NCBI GenBank assembly: GCA_004764695.1
Contig: SMSO01000008.1
Span: forward strand, 1,014,296 to 1,078,295
Source: Schizochytrium sp. TIO01
Taxonomy: Eukaryota; Protista; Bigyra: Labyrinthulomycetes
DNA length: 64,000 nt
Reading direction: 5' to 3'
Every line of letters starts with the position of its first letter. Within the stretch, counting starts at the first letter, position 1. Shown in pieces: positions 13,541-32,310 of this stretch. Under the pieces are notes generated by a model, which saw only the letters and a program-made list of their open reading frames with translations, was not told the origin of the DNA and made no database searches. The translations under genes were made by a program, and so were the position numbers.

Positions 13541-13994
13541 ATTGTACTATTGGTGTATAGTGTATATATACATAGTATTGAATGGGTTGTTGTTTCTATG
13601 GCTATCTAGTTCATAGTAGGTAGTGCTAAGGGATAGTATTGCTGGAACTTCTGGAGCAATATCACTGCAAAAGATATTCTTTCTAGTAGTAGGTTTACTG
13701 AGATAGTAATAGTAAGAGTTGAAAGAGCGAGAAAGAAAGGCATATGCAGAACCCGGTAAGGTTAGAGGTTCAAATTAGTAAAATATTTTTTTATTTCAAG
13801 AGCATATTCAAAAGCATCTCCTTCTTATGGAAAACCTTAGTACTCCGTAAGTCAGAACGTGTGCAAGCTACCTTGCAAACCTGCATCTTTTGCGTCCAGT
13901 AGCCTTCTGCAACAACCGGGGCTGTGCCACGAGCTTAGCTAAAGGGATACAAGCACGAGCACGCTGGTTAAGGCATAGATCTTTACTTGCTGCG

Positions 13995-19452
<5,458 letters not shown>

Positions 19453-21569
19453 GTTTGAGTAATGGATGTTTCACGTATGTTAGTGTTTGCTCTCGCACAA
19501 CATTGTTTCTCATTAGCAGATGGACCCCGCTTCCCAAAATGAAACAGTCTAGTGCTATTGTCAATTGAACACGGGGTTTGATTCTAAGAACTTCAACTCA
19601 AGAAGACCACCTCCGTTCGTGCAAAGCAAACGAGCTTTAGCCTCTGCTGCATTTTCGGAGCCGGCAAGACGCATAGCTCCGACTTGTTTGGCACAGGAAG
19701 CATATTGACTAGGCGCGATATCGCAAAGGTAAGTCTGTTTTAAACCCGAAACCAAAGCAGGGGATCCTAGGAGGGACAAATCGATCAAGTAACTTCACTC
19801 AATTTTGTTCTTATGATAGGCCGTTTTGATAGACATCGAAAACTCCTTTTTAGTGCTACGAAAAAGAGTGTAAAAATTTCATATCTTTGCCTATAGTACT
19901 ATGCCGAGCTAGTAAAAACTGGGGCAATGGATGTTGGTACTACTAACCTGACCTCATTTATCAACTCCCACATATCCCAGGGCCACTCCTTTCTTATTTC
20001 GTGTCTATACTTATATTATCCACGCTTCTCTCCATCAGATCCACTGATGAAGGCTAAATTTCAACTATGTCGTATAAACTCGATTTTCAAAATGTAATTG
20101 AACTGAAAGACCTGCCAATCCTTCTGACTGTTTGACTAAGGAAGAGAGAGACAGTGCTGAAGACGATCCGTCTCGATACGCTTGTATATGAATACTGTGT
20201 TCTTGTCGGGATATACCTCGAAGTGATGCGCAATTCAAAGGAAGATTTTATGTTCAATAGGACAAAGTCTTGCTTCAGGCTTTGTAAGTAACTTTAAAGA
20301 GTAAAGCATTTGATGTCCCCCCTCCCGACGATACTTAAAAGAAGTGATGACTAATCATGCAGGCACTACTGAGAAGGAATACAGATACACCGTTGCGACA
20401 TAACTTTGCAAGGTTAAGAGGAGTACCTATTCGACACAATAGTGTCAAAAGGTGTCATGATGGGTGATGTGTAACACTGCACGTGACTCATCCAAGGAAC
20501 GAAGGGAATCAAACAAGCATCGAGAGAAATTTGCAAAGCAAAACCTGACAAGCAGACCCGAAATACCAAAGCGACCAAAGCACTTGAATCTATCAAGCAC
20601 ATTCGACAAGACAACCCTAGTCCTAATACTAACTAACTACTATCATCTCAGACATTTCCCCAAATACCTATAAGTAATCATCATTAGGCACCTTCGCGAA
20701 GTCTTGTGACAACCGCCGTATCTTTACAACAACAAAAAGACTACCTGGTCGATGCAGTTACTGGGACATTATTCTGGTCAGCTTGGGGTTGACTGTAAAG
20801 ATGAAGGCAAGGGTCTTGATGAAGGCTTTACGAAGGTTGATTTAAGAGTTAGCGCTGGAGAATGAGTTCTAGGACAGATAGATTCATGTAGTGATTAGGG
20901 AGGTTAAGACATTCTTGAAAGGTGTTAGAGATGCTCGATGGGGTTAAGTTCATTCAACCTCTACAACCATCGATTCAAGTTACACCATGCTTGGATGTAG
21001 GTGATGTGTATTCACACTTTTGGTTCTTGACTCTGGCCGCCTACTCTTGCTCTATTGTAAGCCCTATGTCTACTAGGGTTTTACAAAGGGACGCCAAGAG
21101 ATCTAGTAATGTCTTGTCCACTAGTTCCTTCGATTGGAGATCTCATCAAATGGATTTTCATGTATGGAAGAAGGAAGGAGATCACTCAGGAACGCATATT
21201 TTTGTCTAATTTGTATCCTAATGGAAAACTTGCTGTTATTGCAAAAGACCCCTAGCAGAACATATCTCTCGGCTGTGAAACTATTGCTCGAAGCAACTGA
21301 AAAACTTAACTTCTGGAAGCCAAGGCTCCAGCTTGGTATGCCATCGCAGACTGATAGTGCCACTCTGGCCGCAGGTTCTAAGTGCAAGTGCAAGCAGGAT
21401 TGAGGTGGGGAAGTAGCTTTGAGATGTCACTTCCGTTGGAACCTTCCTACGAGACCCTTTGTTGCTCGAACGACTCTAAAGACGGTAAGGAGTAGTAAAG
21501 ACACTTTTCTATCCAAACTGCCAAAAAGAAGCTGATGCCATTGAATCTACATTTGTAAACGAAATACAC

Positions 21570-21930
21570 ATGTATTGCGGACCTTTGCAGGGACTACAAG
21601 GGATTGCGGTGCCTTGATTTATCTTTGGTGGGCTTATTCGAAAATGAAGCGCTTCCTTGTAGTCACTGGGCATGGCAGTGATACGCTCCTTCAACTTTCA
21701 CAACAGTAAGAGCTTTCCACCCGTATACAATGCTGTCCTTATGAAGCCTTAATGGCAGTGCACAAGGCTGATGTGTTTCACAATGATGTAGCTCTAAACA
21801 ACTTTGTATGGAATGGCGAATCTGTGGCGGTAATTGACTTTGGCAGATATTATGTCTGTACTGACCTTGAGCAATTCGCCAGAGAAGCTGATGACCTCGA
21901 AATGCTGTTCAGTCAGCATGAATCAATGAG
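21570..21930 (+). pseudogene. Degraded protein-kinase-like (Crinkler-type kinase) fragment
   Basis: GPLQGLQGIAVP*FIFGG followed by AVHKADVFHNDVALNNFVWNGESVAVIDFG (HxD...N catalytic loop and DFG), with in-frame stops in and after the first segment. Confidence 0.55.
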
Positions 21931-23149
21931 TGGATTTTCTTTACTATTTTCTTTAAATTTGAAGGATTTTTTTTCTACAATAAAAAAAATGAATAAAGCC
22001 CGATTTCTGATGTAGTTATTAGTTGATATGAGAGTACATTGAGAGAGACGAAGTTCTTATCGCAGAACGGCTTGTAGTGCAGTGGGTAAAGAGAAGTGAA
22101 CTGAGGAAACCGATTGAGCAATGACAATGAAAGAAGGTGAAAAGGAAAAGCATGGTATCCTATAGAAATCATGGACATCGTTTGAAACCTTGAGATTGGT
22201 TTGGACTGTAGCCATTCTTTCACCTAGATGCACGTTAAGCAGGTTTGCTCGAATACATACTTGGCTTGTTTTCTTCATTTGTTCTCATAAATCATACATA
22301 AGAAATTCTCACGAGACTACCTTACCTATCATCATACATTCAGTCATGAATAAAAAGGAAGCTTCATATGACGTTATATATTGATTTATTTCCTCGAGGA
22401 TAAGTTTTATTGTCAGGTACCTAGTTCTATGACCATCTAGCCTGAGGTCTTCGTTGCTCAAACGTGCTATTGTGTGATTTTCGGGGTATATCATCTGCAA
22501 TAGTCCTAATGTTGCATCTCGTCTATTATGCGAATAGCTGTACTTGAATCTGGCCGAAAAGAAAGCGGGTGCAGAGGCTGATACCATGAAACATGGTTAT
22601 AAGGTGATTGAGGAAATGTTGGAGATAGTTGGGTTTAATTTGTATTGAAGCTAGGGTTAATGCTTGTCTTGGATAGCTTGTAGTCTTGTTGAATCGATTT
22701 GGGTCGATTCAGGTTGATTCGGATCTGCGTCAGATTTGCTTTGCAAACTCCTCTCGACGCTACCTTGCTCCCTCTGTTTCCTAATATGCGTGCGTGTATC
22801 TCATGCGGTGTAACACATGAATGCAATTGGTGTCACAAAATATCAGGCATCATGCCAGTGGTATCACAATCGAGTTCCTTTAAGCCTTGCAAAGTTATGC
22901 CGTGATGTTGAATCTGTTTTGCTTCTCAGTACTAAGATAATAGACTTCATCTCCTAAATCCAAACAATTCCTCTGGTAGGCAATATGCCCTTTCCGATTA
23001 GATTTCTTTGAAACTAGCCTTGGTGCCTTTTGTGACGCTGGCGTACTGAATATGTTTTAATACACATGTTACGTGAACTCGGGGTCCTTCAAAATGTAGA
23101 TTTTTAGAGCTCTTAAAGCACGAAAGACAGGAAGTGGCAGCTCATTCTT

Positions 23150-25650
23150 CTAAAACGTTGACTTTGAACCATTAATGTAGCTCTGCTCATATTTAGAAAG
23201 TGTTGCTAAATACACAATCATACGGTCGCCAGGACCAAGATCCAGCTTCCTTCGCAGTGATTCATATGCAGTCTTTGGTTTAGGATGCCTGTCACTCAGT
23301 GTGCACTGTATAGCATGCACGGTGCGATGCCCGCCGAGTCTATCTGAAAGCCCTCCATCACCTTTTACCCAGAGCAAATCAACAAATATGTTGGATCCAA
23401 CGGCTTGTACAAATATACAAAGTCCATATCAGACGCTTTCACAAAGTGGTTCCAAATTACACTTGTACTTGTCTTACTACGAGGCGCGTATCGCACTTGC
23501 CCTGGTTCTAATGAATCGGCGGATGGAAAAGGCACGTGTCCCTTTCTTCCTCTGTTCTCCACTTTCGACCACCGCCATTGTAGACCTTTGCCTGAAATGA
23601 AATAGGTCTCCAACAACATTAGGTCACCGTGATCTTTGAGAGGGCTCAAGTTCATCAGGTATATCTTGCGACGAGCCTCGTCGATAGGGATGGAATTACC
23701 CTTTTCTCTCAGTCGTTGTAAAATACCATCGAATGCAGGGACAAGTTTAAAGTTGAAATAATCTCCTACGTCTGTATCTGGAGTTACTAGTGAGCCTAGC
23801 GTGTGCGTCAAGTGATCCTCTTGTGAGTGAGTTTCGAGGCGGAGCCTTGTTAGAGCTTTTAAATACCTCCGATTTTTCCATGTTGCTAACTTTGTCTTGA
23901 ATGTTTTTAGAATACTGTTCGAAATCCAAACTTGAAGTGAACACAAACCGCAAACTGGACTTACGTTTAAGAATCTCTGTTGGAGTAAAGTGCGAGCATT
24001 CAGCTAAAGATACAAGACTCGATCCCATCGTAAGTACTTCATTCCGTGTCGGGCATGACATATAAAGCTGTTTTGCATCATACTGTTCTTTGCATCATAC
24101 TGTTTACAAAACTCTTTGTAGCGCTGCGTATCTGGAGAGCAGGCAGCAACGCATGGTATTCTCCGAACTGCAGATACTGCCTGCCTCGAGGCCTCTGGCT
24201 CATACAACATTTGTACATTACCATTATGAGAAACAGGCCTGAGCGCAGATACACTAATTGCGATGTCCCTCTCAACCCGACAAACTTGTCTTGAACCTGC
24301 CTCTAGCGACAAGAAGAATGAATCAACGCTGACGGCTGCTCCGTTTCGGCAGAACAAGATCATTTGTGGCTGTGGAAGCATTGCGACGTCTTCACCAAGA
24401 GCACGCCACACATCAGGGTTGGATACCACCACTAAGTACTTCCAAAGGTGTCAAGACTTTGAGATCCCTGGATTGCCAACATTGAATGAATTTTCATATT
24501 TCCACCACGCCTTCATGAGACCAATACATTCATTTCTAAAAAATAAAATATTTGATCCAGGTCAATCAGCATTCCTGGAAGAGAACGTGGCAAGGTGACC
24601 TCGTACATGGAGATATCCACAGCAAACTTCTCTTCACTCTTCCACGCCACCTTTGACACCCCAATCTTGTCAGCCCCGGCCATCTTGGGCCAGTCCACAA
24701 ACCCTGTTTCCTCATCCAGTCTTCGAGTTCCATGATTCACGACCTCAGCGCCCGACACGCTTCGAAGCCACGCTTGCTCATCATCCGCAGCTTTTGGTCT
24801 GCATTCGATGTAATTGGCTCATGCTCGCTGTAGCTTCCGAGTCATCTCCTTGTCAAGCCCGTCCGTGTTGAGGAAGGAAGGTTGGTCAATATCAGCCGGA
24901 TTCGTACTCACAGGCAACTTGCTCTCTGTCTGGACATACCAATAGCCGTGAAATGAGGACGGGTCAACCAACTAGTCAGAAGACTAGCGAAACGCCTGGA
25001 ACAGCAGACCGAGACGGTGTCCGAAAATTCCTTGAGAAGAAGGATGGATGGAATACCGACGACTAAAACATCGTTTGGGGTGACTTTCTTGGCTAAGAAG
25101 TTGTGCCCATGCTTCTGGACTAAGGGATAATTACCTTCGATGGTTGCAGGTGTGTTTATCACTTTTTTACATGCTGGTTGTGATACTTGCACATTCCTGC
25201 GACATCTTGACTCTGTGTCCCTGTCGCTCTGACTCGATGCTCCATAAGAATTGTACTTCTGTCAGTAGTGGAGTTGCTCTCAAGAATAGGAGAAAGCTTA
25301 AAGCATCATCAACTCTCCCTGCTGAGACTTCACAGCAGTCTTATTGAATAGTGCTGCGCAGCAGATGCCCCGCAATGAAGCTTTCCTCAGCGTTTTGTAG
25401 AGAATTCTGTTTGTGAACGACGAGGGAAGACCTCTTAAATGGGGAGGCGGCTGAGGCGGAGTTTTCAGCAATGTTGAACAGGTACACTCTCAAGATCTCC
25501 TGAGTTGGAAACGGCAGGGAAGAAAGTAGGCTGTGGACGAGGAGGGCTTGCAGGCATGAGCGTTTGAGCAGGATCTCTCACTCCCGACTTGCCCGGCAAT
25601 CAATAGAGTCCCGTGTACCGCGCCAGAGTTTCACATGAACCAAATTCTTC
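23150..25650 (-). pseudogene. Crinkler/RHS-like NTPase plus restriction-endonuclease-fold effector pseudogene, copy 2
   Basis: VGNPGISKS*HLWKYLVVVSNP (Walker A-like), IPCVAACSPDTQRYKEFCKQYDAK...YMSCPTRNEVL, and C-terminal YKPLDPTY/FVDLLWV...AIQCTLSDRHPK (P...D...QxT....H nuclease-like). Several stops and frameshifts. Confidence 0.65.
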
Positions 25651-27067
25651 ATTCAAGATTTGAGTAGGCCTAATTATTTTTACTTGCTAGAACAACAGTA
25701 CTAGGTACCTACTGACCTATTTCATTTCATTAAAGTAACAAAGTATTTACTTGAGCAAATCATTTTCCGATTATGTATTGTTTTCGATGTTTTTTAGCGC
25801 ATTAGCCTCAGCAAGCTGACTTAAGAGAAAAACAGAGCCGAAAATACATCTATGCTTAGTGAAAACTGAATGAGTCGCTAATATTCGTAGATCCCAGGAG
25901 CAGAGATGCGAGTGCCCCGTTGTGTCGACAATTTCAAAGAATATAATGGAAAGCCTTTCATTTGGGGTCAGAGAATAATCATTTTATTTTCTGGTACAGA
26001 AAAGGCTGTAGTAGAAGGAGATACATGTAATATTGAATATTGGATAGAAGCTGAGTATAGCATGAGTGGTTGGTTTTGTCTGGAATATATAGCCCCAAAA
26101 TATTGATGAAAGCCACGGTAAAGCATCGCATTCAAAATGCTGTCATTCTCGCCGACTTTGCACCCTTGACTCATACAATTGGTGATTGATATGCAAACTT
26201 TGCGATGCTGCGTGCAGATGATTAAGTTGAATTAAAACACACAATGACAATTCCTTCAACGAGTGAGCAATCTTGCCGTCGTATGCGCCGGAGGAAATTT
26301 AGATACTCACCTGTACAGAACTGCAAAACAATATTGGTAACCTTGGAGTTGCTTTCTTAATGTGCTAGCGTAAAAATAAACGGTGAAAAAAACATTCAAC
26401 ACCGGGGCTTCGCATGCAGTCCCCTATCATACTACTGACCCGGCCCTACGCGACTTTACTTCTCAGTGCGAATGAGATGAGGTGTTACCCGCGTGGTATG
26501 ATCGAATGTACCTCGGACGAGGGGTATACTGTATATAAACGTAGTATTGAGTGGGTTGTTGTTAACTTTCTTTACATCTATGGATATGTGATTCATAGCA
26601 GGTAGTGAGTGCTAAGAGATAGTATTGCTGGAACTTCTGGAGCATCATTACTGCAGAAGATATTCCAGTAGTAGGCTTTAGGAAATAGTAATAGTCTTGA
26701 AAGAGCGAGGTCAGCGCATGCAGAACCCGAGGCTGAGTAGGCAAGGTTAGGATCGTAATAGTAAAATATCCTTTCACTTCGAGAGCACTAAAACTTCTTT
26801 GGGAAAACCATAGTAACTCAGTAAGTCAGACCATGTGCACAACCCTTGTCATCGTTGCACCCCCAGCAGGTTCGAAACCTTCTGCAACGACTGGGACTGT
26901 GCCACGAGCTTAGCTGAAAAGGCACACGCACGCGCCCGCTGGTTAAGGTATAGATCTTTACTTGCTGCGCGATGTCGGACCACCCACGTGTTGTCACTGC
27001 TCTTGAACAGCTTCAGAATGGCGCTACAACTTTAGAGTAAGTTAACATCGTACTAGCTCGCTTGCTC

Positions 27068-27104
<37 letters not shown>

Positions 27105-27390
27105 GGTAGTGGCTTGTTTTGTTGGATCGCAAGCTCATGCGATTGTTTGTTTGGTTGAGTATGCATCCATCAAAACAAAGAGCAAAATGACAAAACGACA
27201 AAGATGAAATCCTGAAAGCCAACCTAGATCACTCACGTCCATGCATGCATGCGTGCCTCAAATGCAATGTAATATATTGCTTGCCATCATTCAATTTAAT
27301 CGCTAGTCTTGAAGGGAAAAAAATCGGCCCTGAGGGCGCGAAGGCAGTGGCTGCGGCGCTGAAAGAGAACCGGTCGCTGACATCACTTGA
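24015..27390 (+). repeat. Segmental duplication, copy B
   Basis: Collinear with 11040-14440. Confidence 0.85.
26391..26509 (-). rRNA. 5S rRNA, copy 2
   Basis: Identical to 13422-13540, with an oligo-T terminator. Confidence 0.95.
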
Positions 27391-30300
27391 GTAAGTTGTC
27401 TACGCAACACCGCAGCTCATGGACTTGTTTCTACATGGTGCTTGCTTCTTTGGTTGTTATTTTGGTCGGTGTTGTTTTGCAAGTTTATGCAATCGGTTGT
27501 TTGTTTGATGGATGGATGAGTTGTCTGTTTGAGTGAGTATACATCCATCGAACAAAGAGCAAAATGACAACACAACAAAGATAAATGCTGAAAGCCAACC
27601 TAGATCACTCACGTCCATGCATGCATGCGTGCATCTATTGTAATATGTAACGTGTAATGTATTGCTTGCCATCATTCAATCAAATCGACAGTCTTTCTCG
27701 CAACCAGATCGGCGACGAGGGCGCCAAGGCAGTGGCTGCGGCGCTGAAAGAGAACTGGTCGCTGACATCACTTGAGTAAGTTGTCTACGCAACACCAGAG
27801 CTCATGGACTTGTTTGTACATGATGTTTGCTTCGTTGGTTGTTATTTTGGTCGGTGTTGTTTTGCAAGTTTATGCAATCGGTTGTTTGTTTGATGGATGG
27901 ATAAGTTGTCTATTTGACTGAGTATGCATCAATCGAAGAAACATTAAAATGACAGCACAACAAAGGTGAAATCCTGAAAGCCAACCTAGATCACTCACGC
28001 CCATGCATGCACCTAATGTAATGTATAATGTGTAATGTATTGCTTGCCATCATTGAATCAAATCGGCAGTCTTTATAACAACAATATCGGCTCAGATGGC
28101 GCCAAGGCAGTGGCTGCAGCGTTGAAAGAGAGCCGGTCGCTGACATCACTCAAGTAAGTTGTCTAAGCAATACCACAGCTCATGGGCTTGTGTGTACATG
28201 ATGCTTGCTTCGTTGGTTGTTATTTTGGTCGGTGTCGCTTTGCAAGTTTGAGCGATCAGTTATTTGTTTGATGGATGGATAAGTTGTCTGTTTGCCTGAG
28301 TATGCATCCATCGAACAAAGAGCAAACTGGCAACACAACAAAGATGAAATCCTGCAAGCCAACCTAGATCACTCACCTCCATGCACGCATTTAATGCAAT
28401 ACAATGTATTGCTTGCCATTATTCAATCAAATTAACAGACTTCGGAATAATGAAATCGGCGACGAGGGCGCCAAGGCAGTGGCTGCAGCGTTGAAAGAGA
28501 ACCGGTCGCTGACATCACTCGAGTAAGTTGTCTACGCAACACCGCAGCTCGTGGACTTGTTTGTACATGATGCTTGGTTTGTTGTTTGGTGGGTGGGTCG
28601 GTGTTGTTTTGCAAGTTTATGCTATCGCTTGTTTGTTTGATGGATGGATGAGTTGTCTGTTTGAGTGAGTATACATCCATCGAACAAAGAGCAAAATGAC
28701 AACACAACAAAGATAAATGCTGAAAGTCAACCTAGATCACTCACGTCCATGCATGCATGCGTGCATCTATTGTAATATGTAACGTGTAATGTATTGCTTG
28801 CCATCATTGAATCGAATCGACAGTCTTTCCTACAACCAGATCGGCGACGAGGGCGCCAAGGCAATGGCTTCGGCGCTGAAAGAGAACCGGTCGCTGACAT
28901 CACTATCGTAAGTTGTCTACGCAACACCGCAGCTCGTGGACTTGTTTGTACATGATGCTTGGTTTGTTGTTTGGTGGGTGGGTCGGTGTTGTTTTGCAAG
29001 TTTATGCAATCGCTTGTTTGTTTGATGGATGGATGAGTTGTCTGTTTGAGGGAGTATACATCCATCGAACAAAGAGCAAAATGACAACACAACAAAGATA
29101 AATGGTGAAAGCCAACCTAGATCACTCACGTCCATGCATGCATGCGTGCATCTATTGTAATATGTAACGTGTAATGTATTGCTTGCCATCATTCAATCAA
29201 ATCGACAGTCTTCAACGCACCGATATCGGCGACGAGGGCGCCAAGGCAGTGGGTGCGGCGCTGAAAGAGAACCGGTCGCTGATATCACTATCGTAAGTTG
29301 TTTACGCAACACCGCAGCTCGTGGACTTGTTTGTACCTGATGCTTGGTTTGTTGTTTGGTGGGTGGGTCAGTGTTGTTTTGCAAGTTTATGCAATCGCTT
29401 GTTTGTTTGATGGATGGATGGGTTGTCTGTTTGAGTGAGTATACATCCATCGAACAAAGAGGAAAATGACAACACAACAAAGAGGAAATCCTAAAAGCCA
29501 ACCTAGATCACTCACGTCCATGCATGCATGCGTGCATCTATTGTAACATGTAACATGTAATGTATTGCTGGCCATCATTCAATCAAATCGACAGTCTTAC
29601 TGCGAACGAAGTCGGCTTAGAGGGCGCCAAGTCAGTGGCTTTGGCGCTGAAAGAGAACCGGTCGCTGACATCACTATCGTAAGTTGTCTACGCAACACCG
29701 CAGCTCGTGGACTTGTTTGTACATGATGCTTGGTTTGTTGTTTGTTTGCTTGCTTGCTTGCTTGCTTGATTGATTGATTGATTATGCATTAATCAAAGAG
29801 GAAAATGACAACACAACAAAGAGGAAATCCTAAATCCTAAAAGCCAACCTAGATCACTCACGTCCATGCATGCATGCGTGCATCTATTGTAACATGTAAC
29901 ATGTAATGTATTGCTGGCCATCATTCAATCGAATCGACAGTCTTACTTCGATCAAAATCGGCGCCGAGGGCGCCAAGGCAGTGGCTTCGGCGCTGAAAGA
30001 GAACCGGTCGCTGACATCACTATCGTAAGTTGCCTACGCAACACCGCAGCTCTTGGACTTGTTTGTACATGATGCTTGGTTTGTTGTTTGGTGGGTGGGT
30101 CGGTGTTGTTTTGCAAGTTTATGCAATCGCTTTTTTGTTTGTTTGCTTGTTTGATGGATGAATGAGTTGTCTGTTTGAGTGAGTATACATCCATCGAACA
30201 AAGAACAAAATGACAACACAACAAAGATAAATGCTGAAAGCCAACCTAGATCACTCACGTCCATGCATGCATGCGTGCATCTATTGTAATATGTAACGTG

Positions 30301-31412
30301 TAATGTATTGCTTGCCATCATTGAATCGAATCGACAGTCTTTCCTACAACCACATCGGCGACGAGGGCGCCAAGGCAGTGGGTGCGGCGCTGAAAGAGAA
30401 CCGGTCGCTGACATCACTCAAGTAAGTTGTCTACGCAACACCGCAGCTCGTGGACTTGTTTGTACATGATGCTTGGTTTGTTGTTTGGTGGGTGGGTCAG
30501 TGTTGTTTTGCAAGTTTATGCAATCGCTTGTTTGTTTGATGGATGGATGAGTTGTCTGTTTGAGGGAGTACACATCCATCGAACAAAGAGCAAACTGACA
30601 ACACAACAAAGCTAAATGCTGAAAGCCTACCTAGATCACTCACGTCCATGCATGCATGCGTGCATCTATTGTAATATGTAACGTGTAATGTATTGCTTGC
30701 CATCATTCAATCAAATCGACAGTCTTGTTGGCAAGGATATCGGCTACGAGGGCGCCAAGGCAGTGGGTGCGGCGCTGAAAGTGAACGGGTCGCTGACATT
30801 ACTTGAGTAAGTTGTTTAAGCAATAGCTCGTGTACTGTTTTGTGCATGAGACTTGGTTGGTTGGTTGCGTCGTGGGTTGTCTACTGTGTTGTTTTGCCGA
30901 TGTTTTTCTTCGCGTCATTGCAAGTTTGTTGCGGCATTGTTTGTTTGGTTGATTGTGGATGTAACAAAGAACATGATAATATCAGAGAATAAATGAAACT
31001 GTACTGGCAATACTGTGGGTGCCTTTTGATGACGTGAAATTGTTAACTGACGAACGGAGTTGATGTCATTTCGTTTTTACTGATCCTTAGAATGTCCGAT
31101 TGGTTTACGAATGAAATGTACAAGGAGCTCGAGTTGAATAAGCAAATTTGTTCTGCAAAGACAAGAAGGAAAATGCTTGAACAGATATCTCGTGAGCTTC
31201 GTTGTATACATCTTATAAACGATGCACTTTCTCTACCATTTTCAGTAAGGCGTAGTATTCTTACACAAGCTTGGCCTGCGAACAGGTCTGGTATGCCGAG
31301 TTCAAAAGAGGACTATATTGCTGCGCAGAAAGTAGAGCTTGATTTGCTGGAAGCTGCAAATGTTGCCTTTCATGCAACATTGGGATGTCTAGGCCCTTAC
31401 ATATTGAAATAA
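26972..31412 (+). CDS. LRR protein with short unknown C-terminal tail, 408 aa, 12 exons: 26972-27036, 27307-27390, 27692-27775, 28070-28153, 28439-28522, 28824-28907, 29209-29292, 29595-29678, 29941-30024, 30338-30421, 30723-30806, 31091-31412
   Basis: Exon 1 (MSDHPRVVTALEQLQNGATTL) is paralogous to the Roco gene's. Ten 84-nt phase-2 LRR exons follow, all open, with AG/GTAAGT borders. The final acceptor tactgatccttag|A joins ORF 31092-31412 in frame. Spliced length is 1227 nt. Confidence 0.85.
27150..30806 (+). repeat. Tandem LRR exon+intron array 2 (10 units, modal period 385 bp)
   Basis: Exon starts are spaced 385, 378, 369, 385, 385, 386, 346, 397 and 385 bp. Introns are highly similar. 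Confidence 0.9.
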
Positions 31413-32121
31413 AAGAAGTTTTAAATATTTTGGTTTTTGTTAAACCTTGTTGCTTGTCTGTAGAACTATGTGAAGAATATTACTATTTTATAGATTCATA
31501 GGATTATGAATGTGCTAGAAAATATTAATTATCATAATATAGAGCGTGTAGGTGATGGAAACATTTTGATTGAATACTGATATTGACAATTTAAGAAGCG
31601 AATAAATTAAACGCCGTAAAAGTCAGAGACGATATTTTGAAAGATGTTAGAGCACAAGACACGACTAGTGAACGGGCATGTGGCAATCAGTGATTTTCAA
31701 GATGTGAAGTGAAAAATTGCCGTAATGCTCAAAACTCCATAGTAGGTTGCATTTAGAAAAAAGTGCTTGAGGGTCATTGCATGAATAAAATAAATCCACC
31801 CTTACGTTAAATAATGCCTTATAAGTCCATAATTCTTCATACGTATTTTGGAGTTTTGAATGTGAGTTTGGAAGTCGTGTTTAAGTTCCTCAGTTCCCCA
31901 TCCGAAAATTTCGGTTGTCATTATTCGGATTACTCAAGTTTCAGCTTCTTTAAGTACATAGTTTACTCAGGGCGACCTCTACAAGTTCGAGAAGGCTCGA
32001 TAAATTATGAAAATGCAACAACTTCTGAAGCAACGTCTATGGGGAAGCTTGAGCATTGTTTTTCTGTTTTTCTATAACTGCCAGACAAAATATTTAATGA
32101 TACATGTGATTTAATAACTAA

Positions 32122-32310
32122 TATTGCAGAGTAGCCTGTGCTGTGAAGCGTGGAGAGGTAGTCTGACAAGGATGACGAACTCAGGAGAAAGAGAAAGAGG
32201 ATGATATATGAGTTATCGGGGTTTCAGGTCTGCATACAGGCAGGGTAATGTGTGGATAGGAGAGCTTGGTTAGGTTAGGTTAGGTTAGACAGTAGCTGTA
32301 TATTACTTCA
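32122..32310 (+). repeat. Dispersed repeat, copy 3, containing a short telomere-like (TTAGG)n tract at 32266-32288
   Basis: Matches 8102-8275 and contains ttggttaggttaggttaggttag. Confidence 0.8.

Noticed and set aside
20414-20614. LIDSSA resembling a retrotransposon aspartic protease motif (LIDSGA)
   Set aside because: Single imperfect motif; no gag, RT, integrase or LTRs recognisable nearby.
27013-30706. Recurrent minus-strand ORFs (MLCCHFALCSMDVYS..., MMASNTLHVTYY...)
   Set aside because: Antisense readings of array-2 introns and exons. The plus-strand spliced model accounts for the conservation.
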